Virus record (IMG/VR): IMGVR_UViG_3300028490_000003
Origin: an uncultured virus (IMG/VR IMGVR_UViG_3300028490_000003)
Taxonomy: Duplodnaviria; Heunggongvirae; Uroviricota; Caudoviricetes
Length of the DNA stretch: 63,859 bases
Strand: one strand, 5' to 3'
The position numbers and the translations under genes are program-made. Positions 18,546 through 30,900 of this stretch are shown here, piece after piece. The number at the start of each line of letters is the position of its first letter. The first letter of the stretch is position 1. Under the pieces are notes generated by a model. That model saw nothing but the letters and a program-made list of their open reading frames with translations. It was not told the DNA's origin and made no database searches.

Positions 18546-21500
18546 ATGGCTGATAACACCACAAATAATGATGGACTAGTGCCTAAAAATAACGCGTCTA
18601 TTACTTATACAAATGGGGACTCTGAAATAACAAAAACTACTAAGGATGGTTATGTTACTACGACGACCACAACTACTCCAAGTACTATAGGAGTTAATAC
18701 AAAGCTTAAGTCTAAATTTGACTATGCTAAATCTCCGAGTACTGTTGCTCAAGATGTTCCTAAAGATGGTGCATTGTCTGATTTTGTTGCTATTAGTAAG
18801 AAAACCATAGATGACTATAATCTTACTCCAGAGAAAAGAAAAGCTACTTTAGAGAAGATGGCAAGCGGTATGACTTTATATGAGTCTATAATGAACGTAG
18901 CTGTAGAGGATGGTCTTAGAAGACTTGATCTTAGTAAATATGATGCTGCTGGTGGACCTGGAGGAATAACTCAAATGGACATTGACACTTTGTATATGAG
19001 AAAGTGGTTAGATGATAATACTACTATCGGAGCTCATCAAAAAGTAAGATATACAAAAGCTTTAAATGTATTAGCTAATGCTAAGAATAGAGGATTTAGT
19101 GTTATAAGATCTGATGATGGTAGATATTGGCTAGAGAGTGAAGAGGGAGGAGTTAAAAAATATGCTATTAATGGACTATTAGATGTAAAAGAAATAGTTG
19201 ATTTAGTATACGATAAGGCTCCAAATGATACTCTTGAAAAAGATAGTAAGAAAGGAGATGGTTCAACAGTCTCTCCTAAAAAGAAAAAGAAAATAGTTAC
19301 TGAGCCTGGGGAAGATTTACCAGAGGATATTATAACTAACGGTTTTGAATTTACTGAGGCTGAGAAATGGTATTCAATGGGGTTCATTACTGATGTTGGA
19401 ACTACAGTTCTTGGTATGGCTACAAAACCAGCTGGAGGACTTATCGGAGCAACTGCTTCTTTAGTAGGTGGAATTGTATCAATAGGTATGGAAGGTTATG
19501 CAGATTATCTTAGTGGTAAGTCTGCTGGTGATATAGCAATTAATGCTGGAGCTAGACTAGCTTTAGAGGGTGCTGAGGCGGTTACATTTGCACCGTGGTC
19601 TATAATGAATAAGCTTAGAAAAGGGAATATTATGTATAACCTATTCAAGAAAGCTATGCATTATGGAATGGGATTAAATTTAGTTGCTACTGCATTCGAT
19701 AAGCAAAATGCTGAAATTATAAAAAAATTAGATGAAGGAAGTCTTTCTGATTTAACTATAGACGATTGGAGACAAATCACTAGAGTTATAACTGGAGCCT
19801 TAGCGGTAGGATCTATTGTAGGTACTCATGTAGGAAGTAGAAGAAGACTTAAAAGAGAAGCTACTAATTCTGTAGAAAATGGAATTGGAGTGGATACTAA
19901 GTTAAAGCAAATAGAAGCATCTTCTAGACTTAATGAGGAATCTATTAAGCCTAAGCTAAAGAAAAAATTTATTGAAAAAGAAAAAGTTATAGCTAAAAAA
20001 GATCTAGATAAGATTAGAACAAATAAAGATGAAGGTTTACAGGCAAAAAAACAGGAACTAAAAGATATAGAAACTAATAAGAAAGGGACTATAGAAGATG
20101 CAAAAAAAGAAATTACTTTTTTAACAGGTAAAAAACTTACTGCAAAGCAGAAAAAAATCAATGCTCAACAAAGACAAAAAGTCAAAGGAGCAGAAAAGGT
20201 AGCATCAGAAGAAACAGGTTTTATAGACACTCGTATAAAGATGGAGAAAGAGAGTGCTAAAAATGCACGAAGACAAGTTGGTAAAGATGCACGTAATAAT
20301 GCAAATACTAGAACTGAGAATACTGCTGGAAGAGTGTCTGAAAAGGCTAGAAAAGAATTAGCTGGTAGATTACACGAAAAGTCTAAAGGTAAACCTACTC
20401 CTGAGCAAATGAAGGCTGAGCATGATACTAAAGATATCTTTGGGTATACTGGAGGTACTAGGCAGATAAATAAAGCTAGAAAGAAAGCAGGGATGTCTAC
20501 TGAGGCGGATATTAAAGCTAGAAAGCCACAATCAACTAATGAGAAAAAAGTTGCAAATGTAGAAAAGAAAATAGAGTCTAATAAAAAGAAGCAAGATTTA
20601 GTATCTAAAAAACTTAAGTCTGCTGAGGGTAATGAAAAAACTAAATTACTGACATCTAAAAAGAATTTAAAAGAAGCTGAAAAAGTTCTTAATAAAGAAT
20701 TAAAACTAGTTAAAAAAACTACTGGAGGGCCTAGTAAAGTTAGAAAAGTGTTTACAAATGCTGGACGTATTGAAGAAGTATTATCATATAATGCTCTTCC
20801 TAATTCTGTCGGTACTGTTAGAGCTGCTTTAAAATCTCTTACTTTATCTGATTTAAGTTATGTAAGTAGAGCAGGGAAGCATAAAAAGCATAAAATATAT
20901 ACTAATAACAGTGCTCTAACTACTTTCCTTACTGAAGCAGGATACAAAGAATCTTTAGTTAAAGAATTAAATGTGTCAGAAAAACAAGATCTTATGAGAT
21001 ATGTTATATACTATAAAAATGCAAGACCGCCTATTAAAAGAGCTGGGGGAGTATTTAAAATGCTTATACCTAAAAAAGTAATAAAAGCACAACAAGGATT
21101 TGCAGTAACTCATAATCCTGCTAAATTAGTTTCAAGGAAAGTACCTGCTGGGTATGCTTCTGATCCTAATGCTGTTGCAACTGTATCTAATATTAATTAT
21201 GCAGATATTTTAAAGCCACCAGTAGAGTCTATTGATTATGCTTCTATACTGAAGCCCCCAACTACTACAGAACTTAGTAAAGTAACACCTTACTCTAGTT
21301 ATTATTATGTAACTGCGGACGGTACACCTGTAGCCCCTGGGGTAAAAACACCTTATGTAGTTAGCACAGAGAATCCAGGGAAGATTATACCTTATGATGA
21401 GAATGCTGATTATAACGATGTGAATAAAGAATTTAGAGGGCTTGTTGATGGTAGTAATGATAAAGGACCTAACATTGAAGGAGCGGTATATGTAGATCAA

Positions 21501-22589
21501 AATGGGCAAGTAACTCAAGATGGGGCTAAAACAGAATGGATTCTTATCCCTAAAGATTATAATAATGAGACTAAAGCAGGGCGTATTTACAAGCTAGATG
21601 CTAATGGTGGATTTAATGATTTTAAAGATGTTACAATTGCAGGGTATGTACAAGAAGGTACTCCAGTTGTTGTTGGGGATTTAAGTAATACTGGAGATCT
21701 TGGAGTAGTTCCTACAACAGGGACTGAGACAACACGCACACCAGAAGAAATAGCAAGAATTCAAAAAGAATATGATAATGCTAAAACTTTATATGGTGGG
21801 CCAGATCCAGATACTGGGAAAAGAAAGTATGTAGATATTCTTAAATATATACAGCCAGGTGATTTTGTACATAATGGAGACATTTTAGAAGAGAACTATA
21901 TTAGAAGTGACGTACAGCCAGTTATTGAACAAACAACTCCTGTAAGAGATATGGCGTATTTCGATAGATCTATGTCAAAGCTTTCAAAACAACCTATATT
22001 AGATACTGCAGATTATTTTGCAGGAGCTTCTTTTAAAAGAAAAGTACATAATGATACTGAGGTAAAACGTCAAGATCTTATAGCTAGAAATAATGAGTCT
22101 GTGTTGAAACAACGTGAGGCTAATATGAGAATAACTAATAGAAATATAGCTTCTAATATGGCTGCTATGAATCAGAATATAATGCAAGAAAATCAAATGA
22201 GAGCACAATCTGCTCAAAGTAGATTAGTTGCTAGACAAAAACAATTAGAATCTGATAATAAGAGATATGATAATATTCTTAATGGAACTAGTAAATTTAT
22301 TAGAGATCTATATGAGAATAAACAAAATAGAAAAGATAAAGCATCCTACAATGATTTAGTACAAAAACGCTATACATATAAGAATGAGTGGGAACCTAGA
22401 ATTCTTGCTTTAATTTCTGAAGGTAAGATGGAAGATGCGATGGTATTAAAAACTAAGTTCGCTAAAGAGTACAAAGTACATCCAGATGTATTATTAAAAA
22501 CTGTATTAAATGCAAAAGGAGGAGTGGATAATCCATTAGATGTATCTACAGAAACAGTGCAAGATACTACTACGGATACTACTATTTAA
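18546..22589 (+). CDS. Large internal virion cargo/ejection protein with hydrophobic helices and Lys-rich region
   Basis: 1347 aa, no Cys seen. Hydrophobic Gly/Ala-rich segments (GGLIGATASLVGGIVSIG, ITGALAVGSIVG), a basic middle region and a C-terminal coiled coil. Lies upstream of the RNAP cluster. Confidence 0.65.
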   Translation: MADNTTNNDGLVPKNNASITYTNGDSEITKTTKDGYVTTTTTTTPSTIGVNTKLKSKFDYAKSPSTVAQDVPKDGALSDFVAISKKTIDDYNLTPEKRKATLEKMASGMTLYESIMNVAVEDGLRRLDLSKYDAAGGPGGITQMDIDTLYMRKWLDDNTTIGAHQKVRYTKALNVLANAKNRGFSVIRSDDGRYWLESEEGGVKKYAINGLLDVKEIVDLVYDKAPNDTLEKDSKKGDGSTVSPKKKKKIVTEPGEDLPEDIITNGFEFTEAEKWYSMGFITDVGTTVLGMATKPAGGLIGATASLVGGIVSIGMEGYADYLSGKSAGDIAINAGARLALEGAEAVTFAPWSIMNKLRKGNIMYNLFKKAMHYGMGLNLVATAFDKQNAEIIKKLDEGSLSDLTIDDWRQITRVITGALAVGSIVGTHVGSRRRLKREATNSVENGIGVDTKLKQIEASSRLNEESIKPKLKKKFIEKEKVIAKKDLDKIRTNKDEGLQAKKQELKDIETNKKGTIEDAKKEITFLTGKKLTAKQKKINAQQRQKVKGAEKVASEETGFIDTRIKMEKESAKNARRQVGKDARNNANTRTENTAGRVSEKARKELAGRLHEKSKGKPTPEQMKAEHDTKDIFGYTGGTRQINKARKKAGMSTEADIKARKPQSTNEKKVANVEKKIESNKKKQDLVSKKLKSAEGNEKTKLLTSKKNLKEAEKVLNKELKLVKKTTGGPSKVRKVFTNAGRIEEVLSYNALPNSVGTVRAALKSLTLSDLSYVSRAGKHKKHKIYTNNSALTTFLTEAGYKESLVKELNVSEKQDLMRYVIYYKNARPPIKRAGGVFKMLIPKKVIKAQQGFAVTHNPAKLVSRKVPAGYASDPNAVATVSNINYADILKPPVESIDYASILKPPTTTELSKVTPYSSYYYVTADGTPVAPGVKTPYVVSTENPGKIIPYDENADYNDVNKEFRGLVDGSNDKGPNIEGAVYVDQNGQVTQDGAKTEWILIPKDYNNETKAGRIYKLDANGGFNDFKDVTIAGYVQEGTPVVVGDLSNTGDLGVVPTTGTETTRTPEEIARIQKEYDNAKTLYGGPDPDTGKRKYVDILKYIQPGDFVHNGDILEENYIRSDVQPVIEQTTPVRDMAYFDRSMSKLSKQPILDTADYFAGASFKRKVHNDTEVKRQDLIARNNESVLKQREANMRITNRNIASNMAAMNQNIMQENQMRAQSAQSRLVARQKQLESDNKRYDNILNGTSKFIRDLYENKQNRKDKASYNDLVQKRYTYKNEWEPRILALISEGKMEDAMVLKTKFAKEYKVHPDVLLKTVLNAKGGVDNPLDVSTETVQDTTTDTTI

Positions 22590-22600
22590 ATCTGAAAAAT

Positions 22601-24949
22601 ATGAAAAAAAGAAAGCAAGTAGGCCTTTTAAAATATAGTGATAGAATTACATTGACAAAGAAGTTCCAAGGTGGAGGTTCTTTTTCAGGATTTGCTGGTG
22701 GTTATAACTGGAGAGAAGATCCTTATGAAATGATGTTGTTGAAAGATAGGCTGAATAAGGAAAGATTTGATGAGTATGGTCCAAAAGGAAGGTATGGAAA
22801 AAGGGGAACTAGCGGTGCTAGACGTCCTGGGTACACTAAACCTAAGACAACTAAAGAAGGAGTGATAGAGCCTGTAGTTATTAAGGATGGGCTGGCTGGT
22901 ACAGTTTCTCATTTTAATCAAAAACTTAAATCTCAATTTAATGGTCTAAAGACTATACTAGAAAATAATGGTATAGAAGTTTTAAATTCTAATAAGTTCA
23001 AACAATTATATGCTGAATATAAAGCTAACGCTGAAAATTATACATATATAGCTAAGAATGAAGAAGATAGCCTTGATAAGGCCATGGAATACATGAATAA
23101 TGATATAAGAGATAGGAATGCATTAGCTATTGCTACTAATGGTTTTATGGTTGTATTGGACCAGGATAATAATATGAAAGAGGTATCTAATGAAGATTAC
23201 ATGAATAACTTACAAAATTATTCTACTAAGACTAAAGGAGAGTTAGTACAGTTTCTTAAAGATAATTATACTGGAAAGTTTGGTTTAAAAATAATGGATA
23301 CATATATAGGTAATGGAGCTTTAGGTAGCAATTCTATAGATAGTGTATTCATGGACGGTAAGAAAGAGAACTTAAAATATAAAGCTAAAGAAGGTAAAAT
23401 TATACTTAATAATAGCTTGACCTCTTCTGGAGCCATCTCTATTGAAGAGTTAATGGCAGAGACTGATAATTTTATAAGGAATGATGTTAATATGACAACA
23501 GCCACAAATAGTAAATTTGATATCTATGAAATAGCTGGGTCTTTATATAGAGAAGCCTTAGATGGGTCTAATGACAAGTCTGCATTTAGAGCATCATTAA
23601 TGTCTGAAGTATTTAAAAATAGAGATAACTTAGAGTTACTGTTTAAATCTAAAAAGGAGAATAAAAAGAGAATATTAGATAGAATGATTCAGGTAGAATT
23701 AATGAGTAGAGTTTTCGATAGTAGTCTTAAATTAGATTCTAGTAGTGCTGGTGGAGGAGTATCAGATGGAGCACCTGTTGGTTTACAGGCAGTTAGAAAA
23801 GATCCTAAAGTGGCTAGTATGGATGCTGCTGCATATGATATAATTTATTCTAAAGGGTCACATACTAGATATATTATAGAAAAGAATGACGCTATAAAAA
23901 TATCAGATGATCCTGCAGATACTACATCTTCAGTAAGTGGGCTTGCTTTACCTACAGTTAATAATTTTATACCTTTATCAAGTCTAAATATCCCTGTAGC
24001 AGGATCGGATGACGCAGAAAATAAGACGAAAATAGCTCAAGCAAATATAATTTATAATCCAATATTTACTAATTTTAGTAGCTTAGAGAATTATTATACA
24101 GTAGATGGTATATCTATCCCAGGAATGCTTGGAGGAAAGACTATAGCTAATAACTTTATGATAGGGCACACTGCTATTGATAATTCAAAAGGGGTGGATC
24201 TTGTATGGATGCCAGTTCATGGTGATGGTACTCCTGCAGTGGAAGTATCAAAAGGATTAAATAAATTGAAAATAGATGCAATAGAACAGGTAGTGGTTAC
24301 GTATAATAAGTATGCTAAGGATAAAGGTCTTGAAACTATCGATAAAAAATTAGTAAAGAGAATGCTTGATGGTAACTTTAAAGATACTGCTGTTAAATCA
24401 AAAATGAAATTATTAAACGAAGTAATAAGTAGTGCTCAATTAGTTAATAAGGATCTAGAAAAAGGAAAAGGTAACTATTCTAAAGATATGGTAAAATTAT
24501 CTAGGTCTATTGGAGACACTGTACTAGGTCTGAAAACAGATATAAAGAGTACATACCCTGATATTAGATTAGGTAAGTTCTTAGCAGTGAGGATACTAGT
24601 GGATAATGATATAAAAATTGACGGTACTCGTTATGAGGATAAGTATAAGAATGCTAAAGGTAAAGGTAAAGCAGTGGATATTCATAAAGTAGAAGATACA
24701 CAGAAAAACTACCTAGATGATACTATAGGAAAAGATTCTATGGGGTGGTTCTCACTTCGTCCTGATTCTATATATACAACTGTATTATTACCTGCGAAGA
24801 GCTCAGTAATGGCGAAACCAGGAGATAATTCATTGTCTTCATTACCTAGAATTAAATATGTAAGTAATATGTTAATGTCTATAATAGAACGTAAATTTGC
24901 AATAACAGCTGTTGATGTATCAGAATATTATGATCTAATAAAAGTTTAA
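22601..24949 (+). CDS. Internal virion cargo protein, function unknown
   Basis: 782 aa, no Cys seen, N-terminal KKFQGGG tag. Immediately precedes the giant genes. Confidence 0.6.
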   Translation: MKKRKQVGLLKYSDRITLTKKFQGGGSFSGFAGGYNWREDPYEMMLLKDRLNKERFDEYGPKGRYGKRGTSGARRPGYTKPKTTKEGVIEPVVIKDGLAGTVSHFNQKLKSQFNGLKTILENNGIEVLNSNKFKQLYAEYKANAENYTYIAKNEEDSLDKAMEYMNNDIRDRNALAIATNGFMVVLDQDNNMKEVSNEDYMNNLQNYSTKTKGELVQFLKDNYTGKFGLKIMDTYIGNGALGSNSIDSVFMDGKKENLKYKAKEGKIILNNSLTSSGAISIEELMAETDNFIRNDVNMTTATNSKFDIYEIAGSLYREALDGSNDKSAFRASLMSEVFKNRDNLELLFKSKKENKKRILDRMIQVELMSRVFDSSLKLDSSSAGGGVSDGAPVGLQAVRKDPKVASMDAAAYDIIYSKGSHTRYIIEKNDAIKISDDPADTTSSVSGLALPTVNNFIPLSSLNIPVAGSDDAENKTKIAQANIIYNPIFTNFSSLENYYTVDGISIPGMLGGKTIANNFMIGHTAIDNSKGVDLVWMPVHGDGTPAVEVSKGLNKLKIDAIEQVVVTYNKYAKDKGLETIDKKLVKRMLDGNFKDTAVKSKMKLLNEVISSAQLVNKDLEKGKGNYSKDMVKLSRSIGDTVLGLKTDIKSTYPDIRLGKFLAVRILVDNDIKIDGTRYEDKYKNAKGKGKAVDIHKVEDTQKNYLDDTIGKDSMGWFSLRPDSIYTTVLLPAKSSVMAKPGDNSLSSLPRIKYVSNMLMSIIERKFAITAVDVSEYYDLIKV

Positions 24950-24953
24950 AAAA

Positions 24954-27900
24954 ATGGGAGAAATTGCAACACCGCAACAACAACAACCTACAAATAATAA
25001 TCAACAACCACCAAAGGATGTTGTAAAGGAGGCTACACAAGCTGTTGATACTCAGTATGATGTTAAGGATGAAATAGACGGGGATAAAAAACTCGATTGG
25101 TTTTATGTGAATTTAAAATATCCAAATGAGTCTACAAAGAATTTAGCTATTACATTTGGTAACGATGCTTTTGATAAGCTTAAATCTGCTGATGATTATT
25201 GGGACGACCCCGAGGTTCAGAAGAAGTTTAGTGATATGTATGGGTTTGCAGCAGAAGTAAAATTTAAAAAGTTTTATGAGCTGGCTACTGAAAGTTTTTC
25301 TAATTTTAAACTTGGTATTCATCAAAAAACACTTACAGCTACAGAACTTCATGCACTTGATTCAAATAAATTTAAACTAGATATAACTAGAAGATTTGAA
25401 AATTTTGCAGGTAATATACAGCTAGGAGAGGAGTTTACAAACGCTCAATTTTCATATAGAGAAAGATTACAAGATATCAGAGAATCTTTTGTGGATAAGG
25501 ATGGTAATGTAACTTTTAAATATTATAGATATAACCCAGATATGTTCGATCATATTATGGGTAAAGACGGGGTATCTGGGCTTGCGTATGGAGATATATG
25601 GGCTAACTATGACCCAGAAGCTGGTGTGTATGGTGCTTATATGGATGTTATTAAAGATGGAAAAATCTATGACGATAACATGCAAACTATGGTCGACGTT
25701 AGAAATGATCAAATTATAAGTAGATTAGATCTTACTACTGGAAATATATTCGATGGCCTTTTAGCAAATAATAAACTAGAAGATGATAGCATAGGAGATG
25801 TTTTAGCTATGATAGTTAGATCTCCTATAGGAATGCTTTCTGAATTAGTAGACACTGGTATTCAAGCATTTAGAATAGGTACTGTACTTTCATACGGTAT
25901 AGGTAAAGCTCTAGTAGATGATGAACTAGATGTACAGCAAAGTGAGTTTTTTAAAACTATGACAAATGCTGGTATATATGTAAAATCATTCAAAGGATCT
26001 TCAAGTGATTTCTCTAGAAGTAAAGGAGTATTTGGAAGTTTTGAGGCAGGTCTTACTGCTTTATTAGATTTAGCATTACAGATAGGGGTTGCCCGAGGAT
26101 TAGGTAGCGCTGCTTCATTTACAACTAGAAGATTAATGGCGGGATCATTATCTACAGGCGCACTTAGAAGATTAGAACAAAAAGCAGCTAATAAAGTTGT
26201 TAGAACTACTCTTACAGCATTTGCTGCTAAGGATGGATATAATGAGGCTAAAGAGATTGGGTTATCAGATACTGAAGCAGGTATTTATGCAGCTGTATCT
26301 TTTGTAGCTTTATGGCAAGCTACTAAATTTGCTGGATATATTACTGGTGAGTATGATGCAAGAGTAGTACGTAATAATATATCTACAATTATAAAAAGAG
26401 AATTAAATGATAATGTTGCTCCAGCATTTAGAAAACTTAGTCAAGAAGCTGCCAGAAGTGGTACTAAAAAAGCTGCCGCTGAACTAGGGAGTAAGCAAGG
26501 AAAAATGGCATTATCTGTAATGGGTGAAAAAATAGGAGGGTTTATAAAGAATATAAAACAATATATGCCTTCTGGGAAAATAGCTTTTGAAGCTCAACAA
26601 GAGTCTCTTGAGGAGATGAGTGAAGAACTTTTTCAAGATGTAGTTAAACATGCTACTTCTTTATATGGAGTACTGTTGAAGGATGCCAATGGCCCAGGGA
26701 ATAAAAGATTTAAAACTATCTTTGATGACGGTTATTTTGAAGATGCTGTTGAGAGATATGCTGCTTCTGGAATATTAGGTGGACTTGCTGGTCCTATGGG
26801 GATGATGTTTAGTGGTGGTGGATTACACCATGAGATAACTGACACTTCTAATTTAATAGATATTATAGCTTCTGGAAGGTCTTCTGAACTAGTAGACATT
26901 CTTCAGGATATGAAAGAAAGTGGTGAATTAGGGCCTACTGATCTAAGTATAAATTATAATGAAAAATTAAAAGCTTTTGAACCGATTCTAAAAGGAGAAA
27001 AGATAGAGTCTCTTGGGGACATGACTTTTAACTCATACATGCATGATATAAATATAGTTACTACATTTATAAATAAAGGTATGAACGGTAAGGCATTAAA
27101 GAGAATTCAAGAGGATCCTTTATTCAGTGATCAATTGAATGAGACTTCAATGAGAAAAGATTTTATCTTTAATACTACACAGTTACTAGCTCTTCATGAG
27201 CGAACTAAACTACCTATGTCTATATACCCAGAAATGGATGCATTAACAGAGGCACAGCTTGAGAATAATTTACCAGAACAAGTAGGTTTAATTAGTAAAG
27301 AGATAACTAAAACTAAAGATAATATAAAAGCTATTAAAAAAAGAATAGCTAAAACTACCCCAGATAGAGAAAGTAAATCAGCTACAAAAGAACCTGGTAA
27401 ACTTAAGCCAGACGTTGTTAAAAAACTTTATGGAGACGAGAAAGATAATACTAAAGAATTAGATATATTAAATAAAACTCTAGTTGCGTTAGAGGGCATT
27501 ACAGAGTCTGATATAGAAGAGTTATTTGATCTTTATAGAAAGATTAGAGGTATTGCACAGGGTACAGCATCTGAACATTATCTATTACAGCACATGCTAT
27601 TTAAAGATAAAACTTTTGGGCACCTATCTAATAGAGACCCTGAGTGGGAATACTTAGGAGAAACTCCATTTGTAGACCTTATGCATAATGCTACTATACG
27701 TTCTCTAGACGATGAAAAAGAGTTTTTAATAATTGGTAAAAAAGCATCTGATATAACTAAACAAATAAGATCTATTGATGAGTTTACACCAGAAAATATA
27801 CAGAAATTAAATTTACTTTTTTCTGACCCTGATAATCCTATAACTAAAGAAGCTCTTGAGCATATATCAAGTAAATATGATGTTAAGTCTCAATTAAGCA

Positions 27901-30900
27901 CTTTATTAAAAGGATTTAATATAGCTACTAAAGGTAGTCTTTTAACAGATGATGTTGGTAATTTTGATATAAAAAAAGCAAGAAGACTTTTGTATGATAT
28001 AGTAGAAACAAATACTACTGCTGTGGATACAGATAATAGTTTAATACTTACAACAATAAGTGCGTCTAGCGTTAAAAAAATATTTGAGGATTTTAAAAAA
28101 GATCCTGAGGGAGCAACTATGCCTACTTTTTTAGATAATGGGCAAGACTATGATGTATATGATACTAAGATTAAAATTATCGATTTATTACCTAAAGTTC
28201 AACATAAAGAACTTCAAAAGATTATAAATAGCATTGATGATTCTGTATTTACACTTAGAAAAATAGGAAATAATGCAGCATTAAAATTAAAGAATCATCA
28301 GTACTTTTCAGCATTTGATTTTGAGAGAGGTAATATTGAGATTCTATTTAGAACAATAGGGAAAAGTGGTAAATTTACAAATACAGATGTATTTTCTGAG
28401 GGAGCTACTGAAGTTATTGATTTAATATCTAACCCTAGAGGTAATGGTAAATACAGTAAAAAGGATAATACTAAAGTACTCGCTGTTTTAAAGGATATAA
28501 AACTTAGAGAAGAGATGTCTAAGGTGCTAACAAAGTTTTATTCTAAAGGAGCTTTTATGCACTATACACCTATGTTAAAAGCGTTTAGACAAAATACTTT
28601 AGATATTATAGATAAGACATATGATGTAGACGAGCATCCAGACACTACTACAGAGCGCCATTCATATAAAGATTATACTGCGTTTAGTGATTTCTTTACA
28701 GATTTTATATATGATCCTACTACATTTGAAAATGTAATAAATGCTAAGAACAGAGCTTTACTGACTGATGGGGATAAAAAAGCTCTTATTAAATTTGATA
28801 ATGTTGGTATAAATTTAGAACCGATAATGGTCTATAAAGATGAGAATGGTAAAAAAGCTACTGCCCCAGTTGAAGTAGATTATGACCTTTTAAAAATTCA
28901 TTTACTAAGCAGTGATAAATTTGATAATTTAGATACATCTGAGGATATAGTTAGAGCATTGAATATGTTTAAAAAGCCTACTATAACAATACCACAAAGC
29001 ATTGTTGGAGGAGATCCTTCTAAAAATGTAGTTGTAGTTCTTGCTGGAATATTTAAATTAAAAACGTTAGAATTTTTATTAGAGAAAACTAATTATTATA
29101 TAGAACAATCTTCTGGGCATGGAGCTAATATGCCATATATAGAAGATAAGAATGAACAAATTAAAGATACTTTTAGAGCATTTAATGGAGTAATATCTGG
29201 AGATAATATAGAAGATATTGATAAAGAAGATATTGCTAAATTTAAAACTTTTGTAGAGGTAGAGATACCAGACTATAGTTCTATTGTAGTTGACTACATA
29301 AATAATAAAATAGATTATGTGGTTTTAGGGCAATTGAATATAAAGTTAGAAAAATTATTCTATAGAGTATTCCATGAGGAAAATATATCTAACCTTAATT
29401 CTGGGTCATCGTCTCAACAAACTATAAAAGATATTATATTTAAGCATGTTATTGAAGGAGTTATATTTGCAGAAGATAACTTTAATTCTATTTATGGGGA
29501 AAATAAAGCTGAAGCATACGCAAATACTGTACTGTTAGGAGCTATCACTACTGATTTTACTGATTTTTATGCTATCTTTAAAGGAAGGTTAGAAAATTTA
29601 GCTGATACTGATAAAGTAGTAATTGCATCACAAGAGTTTTCAGCTAAGTATTCTTCTGCGTTTATATACTCAAAAGAGTTAAGAGATGTATTGTTAGATA
29701 ATAAAAATGAGGAGGATTATTTAAATACTGTATTTATATCTGGGGCCCCTGGTACTGGAAAATCTACCGCCGTTTTAGATCTTGGTTTAGATGTGGCTCT
29801 GGAGATTTTAGGAGCTCAAGATGAGAGTAATGTTACAAATGTTCTTGGAGTATCAAATAATGCTCCACAAATAAAAATATTAGATAGAACTTTAGGAGAG
29901 AAGAATGCTGGTGTAGCTGGGAAAAAAGTAGCTGATTTTTATGAGCTGTTAAGAAAGGCTGTTATTGATGAAAATAAACAAGCTCAAGAAGAGTTAGAAG
30001 AAGTAGGAGTTATTGTAATTGATGAGGTTACATATATACCTATAAATAAGCATGCTAACGGTCCTGTTACTTTAGGAGAAATTTCAGATCTATTATCAGA
30101 ATATAATAATCTATATAGGCTAGGTCAGAATGAAGCTGTCTTAGTTACTATGGGAGATAGTAAGCAATCTGGATATATAGGAATTAATGGATCACAAGAT
30201 TCTCTTCAAGGTAGAAATGTATTTGGTCTTCCATATATGGGGTTCTCTATGAGAGCTAGAAATTCTTTCTTAGTTAAAGCTTTAGATATTATAAAGACTA
30301 TGGAGGACAATATAAAAAGTCCTTTTTCTGCTGGTGGTGAAGGAAGTTCTGACTTTTTAGTAATACAGGAGGCTACTAAATACGGTAGTTTAAAAGGCCG
30401 CCAATATGGTATGAATATAGTCAAGGGGGAAGAGACTGGAAATAAGACTTTTATAAATATATTAAAAGATAAGATATTACTTAAAGATATTAGAGCTAAT
30501 TTAGAGGCTGAAACACCTTCTGGAGAGGATGCCTTTGATATTATATTTGGGCCAGAGAATATCAATGATTTTAATACTGCTTTAGATGGTAATAAAGAAT
30601 TAAAAAGTATTATCGAAGATTTTAAAGATAGAGTTTCTATAATTCCTGCAGATGAAATTGGAGGTTCAGAAGCTAATTATGTTATTGCAGAAGTACCTAA
30701 ATACCCTGGAGCAGTTAGCTATGCTAGAACCATTGGTATGCATAAAAAGTTTAATACTATTGCAACTAGAGCTAAGGATTTTACAATATTAGTATTAAAG
30801 GATGACACAATAATTTTACCTGGTAGTTCTAAATCTAGGCATATTAGTGAAGGTACAGTTATTATTCCTGAAAGTAGTGTAGATTTAGAGGATAAGAAAT

